A DNA stretch of 53,403 nucleotides, filler included, from Mitosporidium daphniae (Eukaryota), in assembly GCF_000760515.2 (NCBI RefSeq). It is 2 parts of 2 records of this genome, joined end to end, with 100 filler letters (N's around TTAATTAATTAA, not from the genome) between each part and the next. Parts side by side here need not be neighbours in the genome. Positions count along the whole stretch, not along the records: positions 26,791 to 53,403 come from NW_013546156.1; 1 more part is not named here. One strand, written 5' to 3'. A program made the translations under genes and the position numbers. Shown piece by piece: positions 37,819 to 49,903 of this stretch (its first letter is position 1; each line of letters opens with the position of its first letter). The notes beneath the pieces were generated by a model. That model was given only the letters and a program-made list of their open reading frames with translations. It had not been told where the DNA came from and did not search any database.

Positions 37819-38354
37819 ATGAATTCTTTTGCAGCCACCAAAAATGGTGACGATAGCGATGATGATGGACATCAGATGCAGGCGAAGACTGGATTTAAAA
37901 AAGAAACCACATTATCTCCTATAGGCCGTGCGGATATTACAAAGCCTTTTCATAATCCTTCAAATACAAATGCTCCTCTTGAAATAGGCCGGTCTGATTG
38001 GGACCCATTTGCGGCCAGCCAAATTGGCTCCCAATCTTCTGGAATGCTGCTTTCGGGTGCTTCCCTACACAAGGAGGCATCGTCTCCTAGAATTAAAGGG
38101 CTACACCCCGATGCGGTCCCCCCAGGTGTTCGCTTTGATATCATTCATCCTGCCGGAGTGGAGTATGATGGAGACAAGGATCTGCGTCAACATCCGTTCC
38201 TTCGAGTTTCACGAAGACCATCCTCAACAAGGTTTGAATGATTAATTAAATTATCAGCGGTGATCCCGACAATGATGAGCTGCTTCCGCCATCTTCTCAA
38301 GGCCCAAAAGCTAGCTTTGGGTTCAATCTACATCGAGGAGGGCCATCATTCTAA
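37819..38354 (+). CDS. PI31/PSMF1-like proteasome regulator, C-terminal domain only
   Basis: IGRSDWDPF, GML, VPPGVRFD..P, then after a 26-nt intron (38232-38257) GDPDNDELLPP. Confidence 0.75.
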
Positions 38355-38505
38355 TACTTGCCATGGCAAAGAAAAACTAGAATTTCAATGCATCCAAATA
38401 AAGCCTTTTCCTTTGAATCGCCGAAATTACTTGGACCCTCCCGGCTAAATTAACTTTCAAAGGTAGAATAATTTGGCGCACCCATTTGGGAAGATAATTT
38501 TGCCA

Positions 38506-39248
38506 TTAATCGTGGTAGAAGTAATGAAAAATATATTTGCCACACAAAACGATACCAACGTAGAAGGCACCCAACCAAAATACGGTCGATACTTTGGATG
38601 GGTGCAAAATATCATTGTACAATGCGGCGACTCGTTCGAATCCGTCTGGTGCACCAAACGGCTTTTCAGTATTCGATGTTATAACCCAATCGGCAAGTCT
38701 TTCTTTCTCATCAAGGGGCATTTGCGTGTTGACTATTTGAAGGGCCTGTTTTCTTTGCAGATCTGGCCTGCGGAATAATAGCCTTTTGAGCTGGATTTCC
38801 TGCGAGCTAAGAGATATAGTAAATAAGCTGGTGGGTACCAAGTGGTAACGATGATTTCTGAAAAAAACATTCCAAGACCCAGCTCAAATAGAAGCGGGAC
38901 CTCAACGATGACGGCATCTGTTCCTTTCAGAAAGTTCCAAGCTATCAAAAAAAGCAACCTTCTAAAGACTATGGGATGGATGATGGCCTCAAGAATCTTT
39001 TTTTTTTCCGCTTCGTGAAAGACAATTTTGCCCAAAGCACCCCTGTCCACAATGGTGCACGAGGGATCTTGAAAAATCGATTTTCCAAAATTTTCTTCTA
39101 GCTTTCTCTTCACTTTAACATCCCCAGATATGATCTCGTGAGTTATTAAGTCAGCATCAAGGATAGGAAATTTCGAATTCTGCCTGAACCAATTGCACAG
39201 GGTTGATTTTCCAGTGGCAATGCCTCCTGTAATTCCGATAATTTTCAT
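38506..39248 (-). CDS. CAB5: Dephospho-CoA kinase with C-terminal TM
   Basis: IIGITGGIATGKST, DAD, VDRGALGKIVF, IIHP, VPLLFE, QMPLDEK..AD.VI.N. Confidence 0.93.
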
Positions 39249-39267
39249 TTTAAAATTAATTAATTAA

Positions 39268-40362
39268 TTAATTCATTAATTTATTTACTTCAGAAAGCGA
39301 CTCTAATGTGGCGTTGATGATGTCTTGAAATATTGAATAGATAGCGGGATCCTCTTTAAGCATTTCGACTTTGCCCTCGTCGCAGATTTTTCCAATTAGC
39401 GGTTCAATAGGAATGGAGCCTAAAAATCGCAGCCCCATTTTTTTGCATAATATCCGGCAGCCAGATCCCTCAAGTTGCTCAAATAACCCTGATTGCCTTT
39501 TACAAGACGGACAGCAAAAAGAAGACATGTTTTCAACAAGTCCCAAAATGGGAATCGAAACCTTTGTGCAGAAGCTTATTTCCTTTTTTACATCGCTAAT
39601 GGCTAGCTCCTACCTTTATCAATTGCACACAAATAAATACCTGAGGCGTAGAAATAATTATAGAGCTAAGGGTGTATGAGGTATTTTCCTGCTTCAAAAG
39701 TTTTGCTATCGAAATGTGCTCGTCCGAAGTTCCTGGAGGCGTATCAATTATTAGGTAATCAAGTGCCTCTTCTTCAGAATTTGCCCAATTGACGTCCTTC
39801 AGGAATTGCTTAATAAGCCCATTTTTCTTTGGACCTCTCCAAACAACAGCCAACTCATCAGACGGAAGCATATAGGAGATAGATATTACAGAAAGCGTGT
39901 CCAAAACACTTATCGGCTCCAGCCCCATCCCACTTACGTGGAGAGTTTCGCCTAGAGTTCCTGTCATTATTGGGATAGAGGGGCCACAAATGTCCAAATC
40001 AAGAAGGCCGACCTTATAGTTAGTGACATCCACTTGCTTGGTACTTAGATTCTGCCAATACTGTCGCCAAAAGCGTCGAAATGGTGCTTTTCCCTACACC
40101 GCCTTTCCCAGAAAGGACCAAAATGATATTCTTGACGTGAGCCAAGTTTTCCAGAATCAAAGGTAAATCTACACCGTTTGAATGCGAAAACAGACCTTGA
40201 TCCTGCTCTGCCCCTCCTGTAGTAGATGCGCAAATTGTCTGGTTTGGACATCCTTGGCACGATTCTGCCTTTCCAGCCTCGGTGCTGGTAGTTCCTGGAC
40301 AATTTTCTATAGTTCAATCAAAATGGTGGCAAACCAGGTGCCTTATGTGGGAGGGAGGACAT
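39268..40362 (-). CDS. NBP35: Cytosolic Fe-S assembly P-loop NTPase Nbp35
   Basis: N-terminal [59 protein letters not shown]. Confidence 0.97.
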
Positions 40363-40381
40363 TTAAATATTAATTATTTAA

Positions 40382-41194
40382 ATGCCATTCAAAAGCCTCT
40401 CCTCATTGGGCCAACGGTTTCTTTTAAATCGGATTGCCAGGAGAACGCTCTTTATTCATTCCGAGGCAACGCCAAATCCAAGCTCTAGAAAATTTATTCC
40501 CGAGGAAAACGATTCTATTGTACCGTTTTTTAAAAACGAATCATCTTCCTCCCCTGCTTTCGAATGGGGGCTGAAGGAGAACAAAAGAGAGTTGGAATTA
40601 CTTTATAACACCAGCGGAAGAAATCCGCCAAAAAGACTAACCACGCTAGCAAACGAACTGTTGCAATTGGATGGGATTTCCAGAATATTTATTGGAGTCC
40701 GTTTTCTAACAGCTACAAAAGGCCCGGAAACATCTTCAGACTGGGCCCATTTATCGCCTAGAATCACCTCCATCTTGGATTCATACTTTACAACAACGCC
40801 AACAGAAACAGCGCTCGATGAGGGAAACTTTATTGCGCCAGAAACGCTACAACGTGAAAATGGGGCCACCGTCGACTCTGACCACGAGGAGGTAACCAAG
40901 ATGGTGATAGAACTTTTGGACACAAAAGTTCGTCCATACGTTCAGAGCGATGGAGGGGATATTGCCTTTATCGACTATTCCGATGGGATTGTTAGAGTAA
41001 AACTCCACGGGGCGTGTTCGTCATGTGCATCTTCCAGCGAAACCCTGAAGAGGGGAGTCGCTGCCATGATGAAATATTACATCCCAGAGGTTTTTGATGT
41101 TGTTGACGTAAATGAAGAGCCAGGCGGGCTTGATAGCGCGTCTTTGGAGGCTTTTGAGGCCTTTGAAAGTGAGCTGAAGAATAAAAATAATTAG
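40382..41194 (+). CDS. NFU1: Mitochondrial Fe-S carrier Nfu1
   Basis: Presequence, FIHSEATPNP..KF.P, ELLDTKVRP.VQSDGGDI, GACSSC.SS..TLK.G. Confidence 0.95.
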   Translation: MPFKSLSSLGQRFLLNRIARRTLFIHSEATPNPSSRKFIPEENDSIVPFFKNESSSSPAFEWGLKENKRELELLYNTSGRNPPKRLTTLANELLQLDGISRIFIGVRFLTATKGPETSSDWAHLSPRITSILDSYFTTTPTETALDEGNFIAPETLQRENGATVDSDHEEVTKMVIELLDTKVRPYVQSDGGDIAFIDYSDGIVRVKLHGACSSCASSSETLKRGVAAMMKYYIPEVFDVVDVNEEPGGLDSASLEAFEAFESELKNKNN

Positions 41195-41431
41195 AAGTCG
41201 GTACTTGCTCAATAAATTGGCAATGACTAACGCTTCAACAAGCCTGGGACGATCTCAACACAAACACCATTTAGTGTGCAACAAAAAAGGAAACAACCAG
41301 CCAATGCGGAAATATTGCCAATCAAAACCGTCACAAAATGAAATGGCAACGTTCAAAAGGGTTACGAGGGTTTGCGTACTTGTAAATTAGCCAGACCCAC
41401 AAAAGACATGTTCGTTATTTTAATTTTCATC

Positions 41432-41819
41432 ATGCCCTTTTATGAGCTCATTTGCATATCCAGGCCAGAGTTAACAAAGGTACTGACAAAGTGAGCGTTA
41501 CCATAGGAAGCGTTTGCAAGTGGAATTAAGCGGGCAATTGTATCTATCTTGAAAAAAGAGGCCGTCGTTCACTCAATCAATTACATGGGGTTGGAGCCGT
41601 TGCCATATCGCATGAGAAAAAACTATGAATACCAGTACTTTGGAAGGTAATTTTGAACACGCAGCAAGCAATAGGTACTGGACGTTGAATTTTTTCTGCA
41701 ATCCAACAGGCCTGCTCGCCATAAAGGCTGACCTTGCATCGGATGCAGAAATTATTAGACACCGACTGATTAAAAGGGCTACCAAGCTCCCCGATTTGCT
41801 TCGGGCAAACATCTGCTAA
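41432..41819 (+). CDS. MRP17: Mitochondrial ribosomal protein bS6m, 2 introns
   Basis: MPFYELICISR...G..PLPYRMRK...YWTLNF..D..IIRH. Confidence 0.85.
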
Positions 41820-41825
41820 TAAAAA

Positions 41826-44033
41826 CTATTTTTTGGGTTTATTGCGTGGTTCTGTTAGGGGGAAATAAAACTGTAACCTTTGCATGAAGCGAGAAAGATC
41901 TTTTGAGGCAACCTGGATGGCCCAGGCATTTTCGATGCCATCTGTTCTAACTGAAGAGCCCGTGTCCAGGGCTGCCTTTTTAAATGCAGATCCGAACGAT
42001 CTAGCGTGAGTGATGCAAAAATACATTTTCGGCACAAAATTGTGGTGTTTAGGCGCACATCCGACAACATTATACATTGATGCACCTCTGATAAAATGGG
42101 CCACCAAAAGAGGCATCTTAATTGGAGAAGAAGATTCCTGAAAATAAGAAAGTAACTTACATTACAATATTCACATAGAAACAGGGACAAAGAGGCCAAT
42201 GCAGAATTGCTTGCCCACCAGTCAATTTGGGGACTGGCGATTTCCTTTCCAGTGTCGTCTTTTGAAATGGAAGGGCTGGCTTCTGTTTGGTCATGAGGAA
42301 GGACACACAGCTTGAAGGATTTTATGGTCTTTATCGTTTTGTTTGACAAAAGCATGGATGCTGTTCTATGGATACGCTCCAAATGCGCCTTTGATAGTTT
42401 AAGTCCTCGTTCTAAAATGGAATGCGAGTTTTTGCTACAAATAAAAAACTGGAGATACCCAGAAAAAATGCCCAAAGATAGCAGAAAGTTGCTTCTGGCA
42501 ACATTTCTTTCTTTATCCTTTCTTTTGGTGTATGGATACCAAAGGAGGCCTTGAATGGCATGGATGTAGTCAGTTGCGGAGAACTTTATATTTGTCGAAA
42601 ATTTGCGGATAAAAACAGAGATGGTTGGGTTTACAACGCCCTCTTCTGTAAAGCTCTTTTCAACTTGTGAGGCGATTCTTCTTCGTATGGAGGGCTCCAA
42701 AAAGACGTAAGGCTGGTTTGCTTCGGAAAGGGAAACCCTACATTGTCACTGAAATGCATGGGATACCCGATTTTGGCAAGGAAAATCTCAATTCGCCGTT
42801 TCCCTTTTTCAGACAATGTTTGGAACTTTGAGGCCGAGTGGATAGAATACATTAAAGATTTAAATAAAGTCCAGTGCTTAAAAAGAGATAAGTTAAGGGA
42901 ATTTTCTTCCAAATAAATATCGCAATTTCCCAACAGGGTGTTGGAGTTTAGACGTAAAACCTCTTTTTCCAGCAGATTGACATCGTTGATGTATCTGTCC
43001 AGAGAAATTGTTTGAATTTGAAAAAGCGAGCAAGCTCCCACAATACACGCCCTGAAGATCCATGAACATACAAATAGTGCATACCATAGAAGCTCATTGT
43101 TGGTTTTGACGAGCTGAGAGGCAATGCTGTAAATAAAGCATGATGCGGAGACGCCAACGCCAGTTTCCCGGTCATAGTATGAGTTTACCTCGGCTTCGGC
43201 CTTCAACATGTCGCTTTTGGCCTAGCAATGGGCAGAAACCAACATACCTTTGTGCCGTTTACCCTTGTGCCGTTTGCCATTGTGCTGTTTGCCATTGTGC
43301 CGTTTACCCTTGTGCCGTTTGCCATTGTGCTGTTTGCCATTGTGCCGTTTGCCATTGTACCTCTTTCTTGGGCATTTGGCAGATTTTCTGTGCATTCATC
43401 ATCGCTATGATGTTCAGATACCTCACCTTCAGAGTGCGATGAGGCTGGATCCGATTCGTGGTTATTATTTACAATCTACGGTAAAGGCGCAGTAAATACA
43501 TTTTCCGTCAGCTGGAAAAAGGGCCACATATATGATGCCGTTGAAAAAAGTTCCCCATCATCAAAAATTTTAACCTAAAATAAGCGAGTATTGTGAACTT
43601 GTTCCGGAGCAAAAAGATTGTTCAGGTGAACGGGTCTATGGTGGTCGAAAACCACGATACAAGAGCCGTCTGAAAGCGAAAAAATGGCATCAAGATCGAC
43701 AGTTGCGCCGCAGTTTATCATTATCAGATAGCGATGGCCCTAGCGTTGTCAAAGGGCATCAAGGTTTACATCCTGCAGGGGCTCAAAGTACTTTTCATTA
43801 ATTTCGGACAATTCCAAAAAAGATGACAATACAATCAGGTCAAACAAAACAAATTCAGACTGTAAAAGCGCCTATGGGTAACATAATTCATATTGGCGTA
43901 CGATCAATATTTTGGCTGCGCATAACGAGTCCACGTCGGGGGACACCAGTATAAGCAGCGGTTGCGATGACGATCTAACTCCGCTGACAATTTGGAGATA
44001 TACTTCGCGAGCATATTCTATAGAAACTATCAT
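41826..44033 (-). CDS. CDC45: Replication initiation factor Cdc45, many introns
   Basis: ILVSPDVDSLCAAKIL, INCGATVDL, DHHRPVHLNN, LFKHWTLF.S, FSATD, FGSAF..A. Confidence 0.93.
43251..43355. repeat. 15-bp coding minisatellite x7 with a 45-bp higher-order period, inside CDC45
   Basis: TGTGCYGTTT(ACCCT/GCCAT) units; encodes TMANG/TMANS/TRVNG on the minus strand. Confidence 0.95.
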
Positions 44034-44589
44034 TCACAGCTGCCAACGGGAGATCAGGAGAACAGGAAAAGGGCGCGCGAGAGTATAAATAAGCAAATTA
44101 ATATGCAACTTCTGGACCTATCTTTTAACAAGGGTTAACAACGCAAGGCTATTATTAGGCACTTGAATTTAATAATTGGCAGCCAAATTTGTAACCCTTC
44201 CCCATGATTATTGGATGCCATTTGACTACGTTACGGAACCCGCTAAATTTCACTTTATCGATTTTTAATGCGGTCGACTTGCAGCACTGCAGCGCTGCAA
44301 ACGAGCATGCAAGCATGGCTGCAACCGTGCACATTAATCATTGGACGGAATTAAATAAATTTACATATTCTCAGCTGGCAAAACAATAGGGTTGGTTAGT
44401 GCGTTTGTTTTCAAAAACTTCCAATCACTTAAATTAAAAGTCGGAACATATGTATGCATTTCCTGCTGATTGGTGCCCATAGCAACCAACCCTTTGATGT
44501 GGATTCATAAGATGTATTATCTTTAGACGAAGTGTATATATTGTTTATCTTTTGCCATTGTTATATAGGATACCCTTCCGTTCTCCTCA

Positions 44590-47232
44590 TTGAGAAATAT
44601 GACCGTACCTAAATCAACTGAATTTTTCACAACGTTTCGGATTTGTATGCTTTCTGAAGGATATTTTACTATTCATCATGGCCATCGGTCAGCTCAAAAG
44701 GTTTCCGGACAGTCTTCGTTCGAAACCATCCCTGATGAGCTTCTCTCCGAGGCTTGTGAGAGGTTGGAAATCCTTGCACGAGAAAAGGCGTCCAACCATA
44801 AAGTCAGTGTTTGCTTTTCCAAAGACTTTGATATGAACTCTTACGATCCGTCTTCGCGTTTTTTGTCGAAAATAAATTCAATCTCGGAGCTTTCATCTTC
44901 ACAATCATGTGAGGATTTGGATAAATTTGTTTCCATCACCTTGTCTGGCTCTTCGGCGGCATCAATTGAGTCGTGTCAAAACGAGATCATTCAAGAGGCT
45001 ATTTTGAACGTTGGCGAAAAATCGCCTTTATTGTCATACAGAAGGCTTCCTTTGCTTCAAGTTGGAGACTTTTCCAGCGAACAGAACCAGCAGGTCAGGG
45101 TAAGCAAAACTCATTTGACCCTGTTTTCGCCTGCAAGCTTGAACCATTTGCATTCACGTCAGCTATATGCCAAAATGCTGAAAGGCAAAGGATATAAAGC
45201 ATTTGTGTCGGAGCTTCCAGTTGATGGATTAGTCCAGCTTTTGGTCCATTCTGGGCCCTATCACCTTGCTCTTCAATCTTTTCTTTTTGAAAATAGCGAT
45301 GTCCACATCCTTTTGCCGTGTTCTCTGATTTTGTCCTCCAATGCAGACCAGCTGATAGTTTTGGAAAAGGAAGATAGGGCCGATAAAGTTGCAAAAAAAG
45401 CATCGGCGGACTTTCTCAAGGCGTCAAAGAAAGTGTCAATTGCATCCAAAAAATTGGTCTTCGACACAGTTGACCTATTTTTCATCCTAAATTCTGCAGT
45501 TTCAAAGGCCAAGTTGGTTGATCTCTTATTTCGTCACGGCTGTGTGCTACGAATATTTGAAGCACCAACCAACCCATCCAAGAAGCATTGTTTGACGATT
45601 TGTTTATATGGAGGCTCTATGGATATCATTGAAGAGGTTTCGCGAGAAATATTCACCCTAATTTGCCAATCCTCCAGCCATTTTGAAGCTTCAGGCACCA
45701 ATTATAGCATTTCAGTTAAAAATGCGGGCGGCTTTTGTTCCGTGTTAGATTCGGAGAATATCAACGATCCTATTTTGATCCAATTTTCTGGCGTTCCTTC
45801 TCAAGCCTTCCACGCGGGCGAACCGAATTTATTGACCATCAATTCCCTAGTTTGTAAAGGAACAAAGGATTGCTTGCTCAAGACTTTATCGAACATTGAG
45901 CCGCTCTTTTGCCAGTCAAGTATTTTTTCTGCCGATATTTTTAATTCGTCGTATCAAGACAGGCATTCATTGCTTTCGAAATCATTGAGCTACTTGTCGC
46001 TCGCCAATTTATCGATCGATACTTGCTTTACATACAGAATTGGGACGCTCTCCCTTGATTGCGAATTTATTTCCGGAAAAAAAGACGGAAAGTTATCAAA
46101 GATATCTCGAGGCACCGGATGTCAAGTTCTGATGGACGTTCCTCAGGGCTGGAGAACCGACATTAAAATCACATCTCAAAGCCTTCCTTTGCTGGTGAAG
46201 GCGGTTGAAATGCTCGAGGGTGAACTCCCTGCATCGTTGTCGTTTTTCGTTCCCGATCATCATCACAAAAGAATTATCGGACACGGAGGAAAGCACATCC
46301 AGAAATGGATGAAGCTGTTCGGAGTTTATGTAAAGTTTTCCAACAATAATACCGGCAATAGTAACCCGATTATTTTAACCCATCCAAACGATGGCAAGAA
46401 GGGGGCCGGGGGAGCGGGGAGCGACATATTTTTCCAAAATATCCGGCCAAACGTCCTTATTCGAACACCAGCAAAAAATATACATGCTCTAGCTCAGATG
46501 AAATCAGCCATTCTCGACTTGGCAGGCGAGGAAGACCAAACTCTGGGTGTGTTTGCGAGTCACAGCCACAAGACGGCTGAAGCTTCAAATTCTTTTTTCA
46601 TCCCATCACTGGTACCGGAGGTTTCTATTACCGGGAACACTGCGAGTTCGCTCCACTTTTACGTTGCACTTTTAAAACAAATTGAGACCACCTCCGACTT
46701 TGATGCCAACCAGAGGAGCATCAAAACTGCCAATGTTGACGTGCCAAAGCCAGAAATCTGCCAATATCCGCATGATTTTTACCTTCAAGAGTGTGTAGAA
46801 CAGGAGCTTGAAGCATCTATTGAACTATTGTTTGAAGACGGCGGGCTAGATTCGATTAGCTCCTTCAAATTATCAAAGTCGAGTCTTTTGGCGATGGAAA
46901 ATCTTGGAGCAAAAAATGCAAATAGCAGTGTGAATGACACCCGATTCAACCTGAAAGACTTTTCAATGACCATCAATGCAACTCCAGCTCCAGCTCCAAC
47001 CCCATTCCAATCTCCATCCTCCTCAAAGTTCCCCGCAATATCACGGCCCGCATCAACAACAGTCCCTAATACCATTTTTCCATATCCATTTTCCATAGCT
47101 AATCGCAAGGGTGAAGACTATTTCCACTGGGATTCTCTCCTGGGGTTTGGCAGGGCGTCGATGTCATTGGGAGGGACCGTCTCACCTATCTCCTCGACTC
47201 GGATTTCGTCATCCCCAATCCGACCTGTATAA
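44590..47232 (+). CDS. KH-domain RNA-binding protein (Mug60/YLL032C-like); 5' end uncertain
   Basis: EFISGKKDGKL.KI; LEGELPA..SFFVP..HKRIIGHGG..IQ..MK..GVYVKFS; NVLIRTPAKN. Confidence 0.8.
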   Translation: MRNMTVPKSTEFFTTFRICMLSEGYFTIHHGHRSAQKVSGQSSFETIPDELLSEACERLEILAREKASNHKVSVCFSKDFDMNSYDPSSRFLSKINSISELSSSQSCEDLDKFVSITLSGSSAASIESCQNEIIQEAILNVGEKSPLLSYRRLPLLQVGDFSSEQNQQVRVSKTHLTLFSPASLNHLHSRQLYAKMLKGKGYKAFVSELPVDGLVQLLVHSGPYHLALQSFLFENSDVHILLPCSLILSSNADQLIVLEKEDRADKVAKKASADFLKASKKVSIASKKLVFDTVDLFFILNSAVSKAKLVDLLFRHGCVLRIFEAPTNPSKKHCLTICLYGGSMDIIEEVSREIFTLICQSSSHFEASGTNYSISVKNAGGFCSVLDSENINDPILIQFSGVPSQAFHAGEPNLLTINSLVCKGTKDCLLKTLSNIEPLFCQSSIFSADIFNSSYQDRHSLLSKSLSYLSLANLSIDTCFTYRIGTLSLDCEFISGKKDGKLSKISRGTGCQVLMDVPQGWRTDIKITSQSLPLLVKAVEMLEGELPASLSFFVPDHHHKRIIGHGGKHIQKWMKLFGVYVKFSNNNTGNSNPIILTHPNDGKKGAGGAGSDIFFQNIRPNVLIRTPAKNIHALAQMKSAILDLAGEEDQTLGVFASHSHKTAEASNSFFIPSLVPEVSITGNTASSLHFYVALLKQIETTSDFDANQRSIKTANVDVPKPEICQYPHDFYLQECVEQELEASIELLFEDGGLDSISSFKLSKSSLLAMENLGAKNANSSVNDTRFNLKDFSMTINATPAPAPTPFQSPSSSKFPAISRPASTTVPNTIFPYPFSIANRKGEDYFHWDSLLGFGRASMSLGGTVSPISSTRISSSPIRPV

Positions 47233-47300
47233 TATGAAGCCCGTTTATATAAAAATAAATTAGTTAATTACGAAAAATTTACAATTGTTTATTTACTGCC

Positions 47301-48634
47301 TCACCTGAGAAACTTTACAATAGCTCCGATGATTGCCAAAAGAAAAAGGGCATACATGGTGACGAGCCAGTTTTTCCCATGCGAAAGTTGATATTGTTCA
47401 GTCTGTGGTAACAAACACAAAAATACCTTTGAAAAGGCAATATTGGCTGCCTTCAGGTGCCGAAGCGATGCCTCAACATTCAAGTCAATCCTGTCTATCA
47501 TGTTGCCCTGATGCGATAGCATCTCCGTCATCGCATGCATCGCGCTGAGAATGTCAAATAGCTCCCGGTGTATTGTAGTCACGGCGGCAAGATTGTTATC
47601 GGACGCCTTCTAAAATAACATATGTCGCATGGCTATCATTACATATGAGAGAAGAAGGCTCTGGTGTTGGGAACCTCCAGTATGGGATAATACGTTAGAG
47701 TTGTAAAGGGGTTCTGAATGTCCACTTTCCGGAATGGGCATGGATTTGTACGTGCTGCTGCCTTTGGCAAGGAGCTCTTTGGAAGAGGAAATGGTAAACT
47801 TTGTTTCAAGCTCTTCATATTCTGTGGATATTTCAGACAAATCAGCCGCATAAGCTTTGCATGCATTTGATAGCAGTTGCTGACATGCTAAATTTGACTG
47901 CGCTAGCATTCCTACATATGAAATCATATTCAGACAGGATCTAAATTCCTAGGAAACATTAAAGAGAGCACAAACATTTGTAAGCTGCAATCTAAGTTCA
48001 AGTATCTTTTGGTCGTCAGAGGAAAAGTCACCAAATCCTATAAGGACCCTCTTGGAATATATTTGAGACGCAAGAGAAACTAGAAATGAAATTAGCAATC
48101 AAAACAATGGAAATGCGTAGAATCAATGGGTAATTTTAGCGATCACACATAGATAGCTCAAGTGCCTTGGCCGGAAATTGAAGCAAAAATTAAATCTACC
48201 TTTTGTCCGGATATTTGAAAGAATACTCTTGATCTATGAAAGGATGATAAAGAAGGGTATTGGCAATACTTGAATTAGGTAGGGATACCTAAAGTTAAAG
48301 GCAACGAAGCTGGTTACCATGGATATACGGAAGTATGGGAAGACTGAGAGTTTTTTTGGGACGCGTTATTTCTACTCCATGAAGACAACGAGGGGGTTCG
48401 TTCAAAAGAAGACTCATCGATCAACGGTTGACGTACATTGGAAATAGCAATAAAAGAGTCCCTATATTCACGGAACAATTCCCATCTTGATCGGATGCGC
48501 GGATGTTGGATCATATGATATGTGTCGTTTATCGAAGTGGCATCAAAATGTTGGAGTAAAGGCGTGGCAGGCATAGTAGACAATATTGTGGGATTGCAGG
48601 CCTGCAGGATAAAAATTAAAACTTTTACTTCCAT
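47301..48634 (-). CDS. TLG2: Qa-SNARE syntaxin, Tlg2/STX16-like, multi-exon (start uncertain)
   Basis: N-peptide RSRWELFREYR; SNARE motif HQGNMIDRIDLNVE; C-terminal TM. Confidence 0.75.
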
Positions 48635-48812
48635 TACGTATAGCCAGTTTCTCCATTAAAATTAAATTCAAATTAAATTTCAACTTCAGCTCGGTACGCT
48701 ATGGTGATTGTTGCTTTCTCAAAGTCAACGTGAAGACATACCGATGTTATTTAGGCAATTCAACTGCAGGAAGACAAGATGAACAACTAAAAATAAGCCC
48801 ATAACCCTAAAG

Positions 48813-49903
48813 ATGCATTCAAAACTATTTAAAGCTTTCCCATATCTGGCTGATGATTATGCGGTAGCATCTTTTGGCATATGTTGGAAGCATTCTCAAG
48901 GTCAATTTAAACTTTGCCCAAACAGAATCATATGGAATATCAATAGGAGGGTAAAATCTTTTCTACATCTTGCATTGATAAGTGCTAGGGAGGCGTTAGG
49001 GTTTTCTATGTTTTATGTCGTGATAGCCAGAATTATGCAAGGGGACACTTGGGCTAGGGTTAGCCTTAGATTTTACTCGGCCATTTTTCTTCTACTACAA
49101 GAAAATCTGGGGTTGGGCGATCACTATGCGTTATTTTATCATAAAAATGCAATTAAATGGGATGAAATATCTGGTTCTTGCGAAAGGCTATCAACAGACC
49201 GCTAGCTTGGCCAACCAGGTTTTCCTTAGGCGTAAATCGATACAGGCAGGTGGAGTTAATAATTCAATCTAAAATGGAAATATTTAAAGGGAGCTAATTA
49301 ACGGATGTGTGCTGTGAAACTAAACCACTAACCACCGGATCAGCTATTACAAATGTACACCCGTAAGCTAAGTTGACTCGACTGGATAAATTGCACTTGA
49401 AGGTGCATCGGAGGTGTGCAAAAACCAAGGAGATCCTTAAAAATCCCTCTCACTTTTTCTTCTCGCTTACGCTGATTAGCATCTATCATCTGGAAGAATC
49501 TGATTTGCAAGACATGCTCCAATATCTGGCATACTCTTTTGGAGCGATTAGTTCTATGAATTTTCTGGATAACAGCCCTGAGAGTCTGAAACCTATGGTT
49601 TTAAGGGTTATCGCATCTTATGACCAGATCTTGCAGCAATGGACATACTTTGCAGGGAAGTTTAACAAGCCATATTGATTGGAGCTATTGAAGCCTATCA
49701 AGTTGCAGTTAAAACGCAGCACCAAGTACGATTTGAAAAACGTTGCCATAAAAGCCAAGATTTTTAAAGGTAAATTGTACCTCAGCGTATGTGCAAAGGA
49801 CCCCAAAAAACGCTTCGATCTGAATCAGTTTAAGTTGCCTTTGCTTCCTAATGGTGAAAAAACTTGTAAGAAGATGAGAATTAAGCATGACAAAGGGGCC
49901 TGA
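48813..49903 (+). pseudogene. Fragmented coding-like sequence (decayed gene or unresolved multi-exon orphan)
   Basis: Successive + strand ORF pieces (48813-49205, 49373-49678, 49679-49903) interrupted by stops; no family recognised. Confidence 0.3.
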
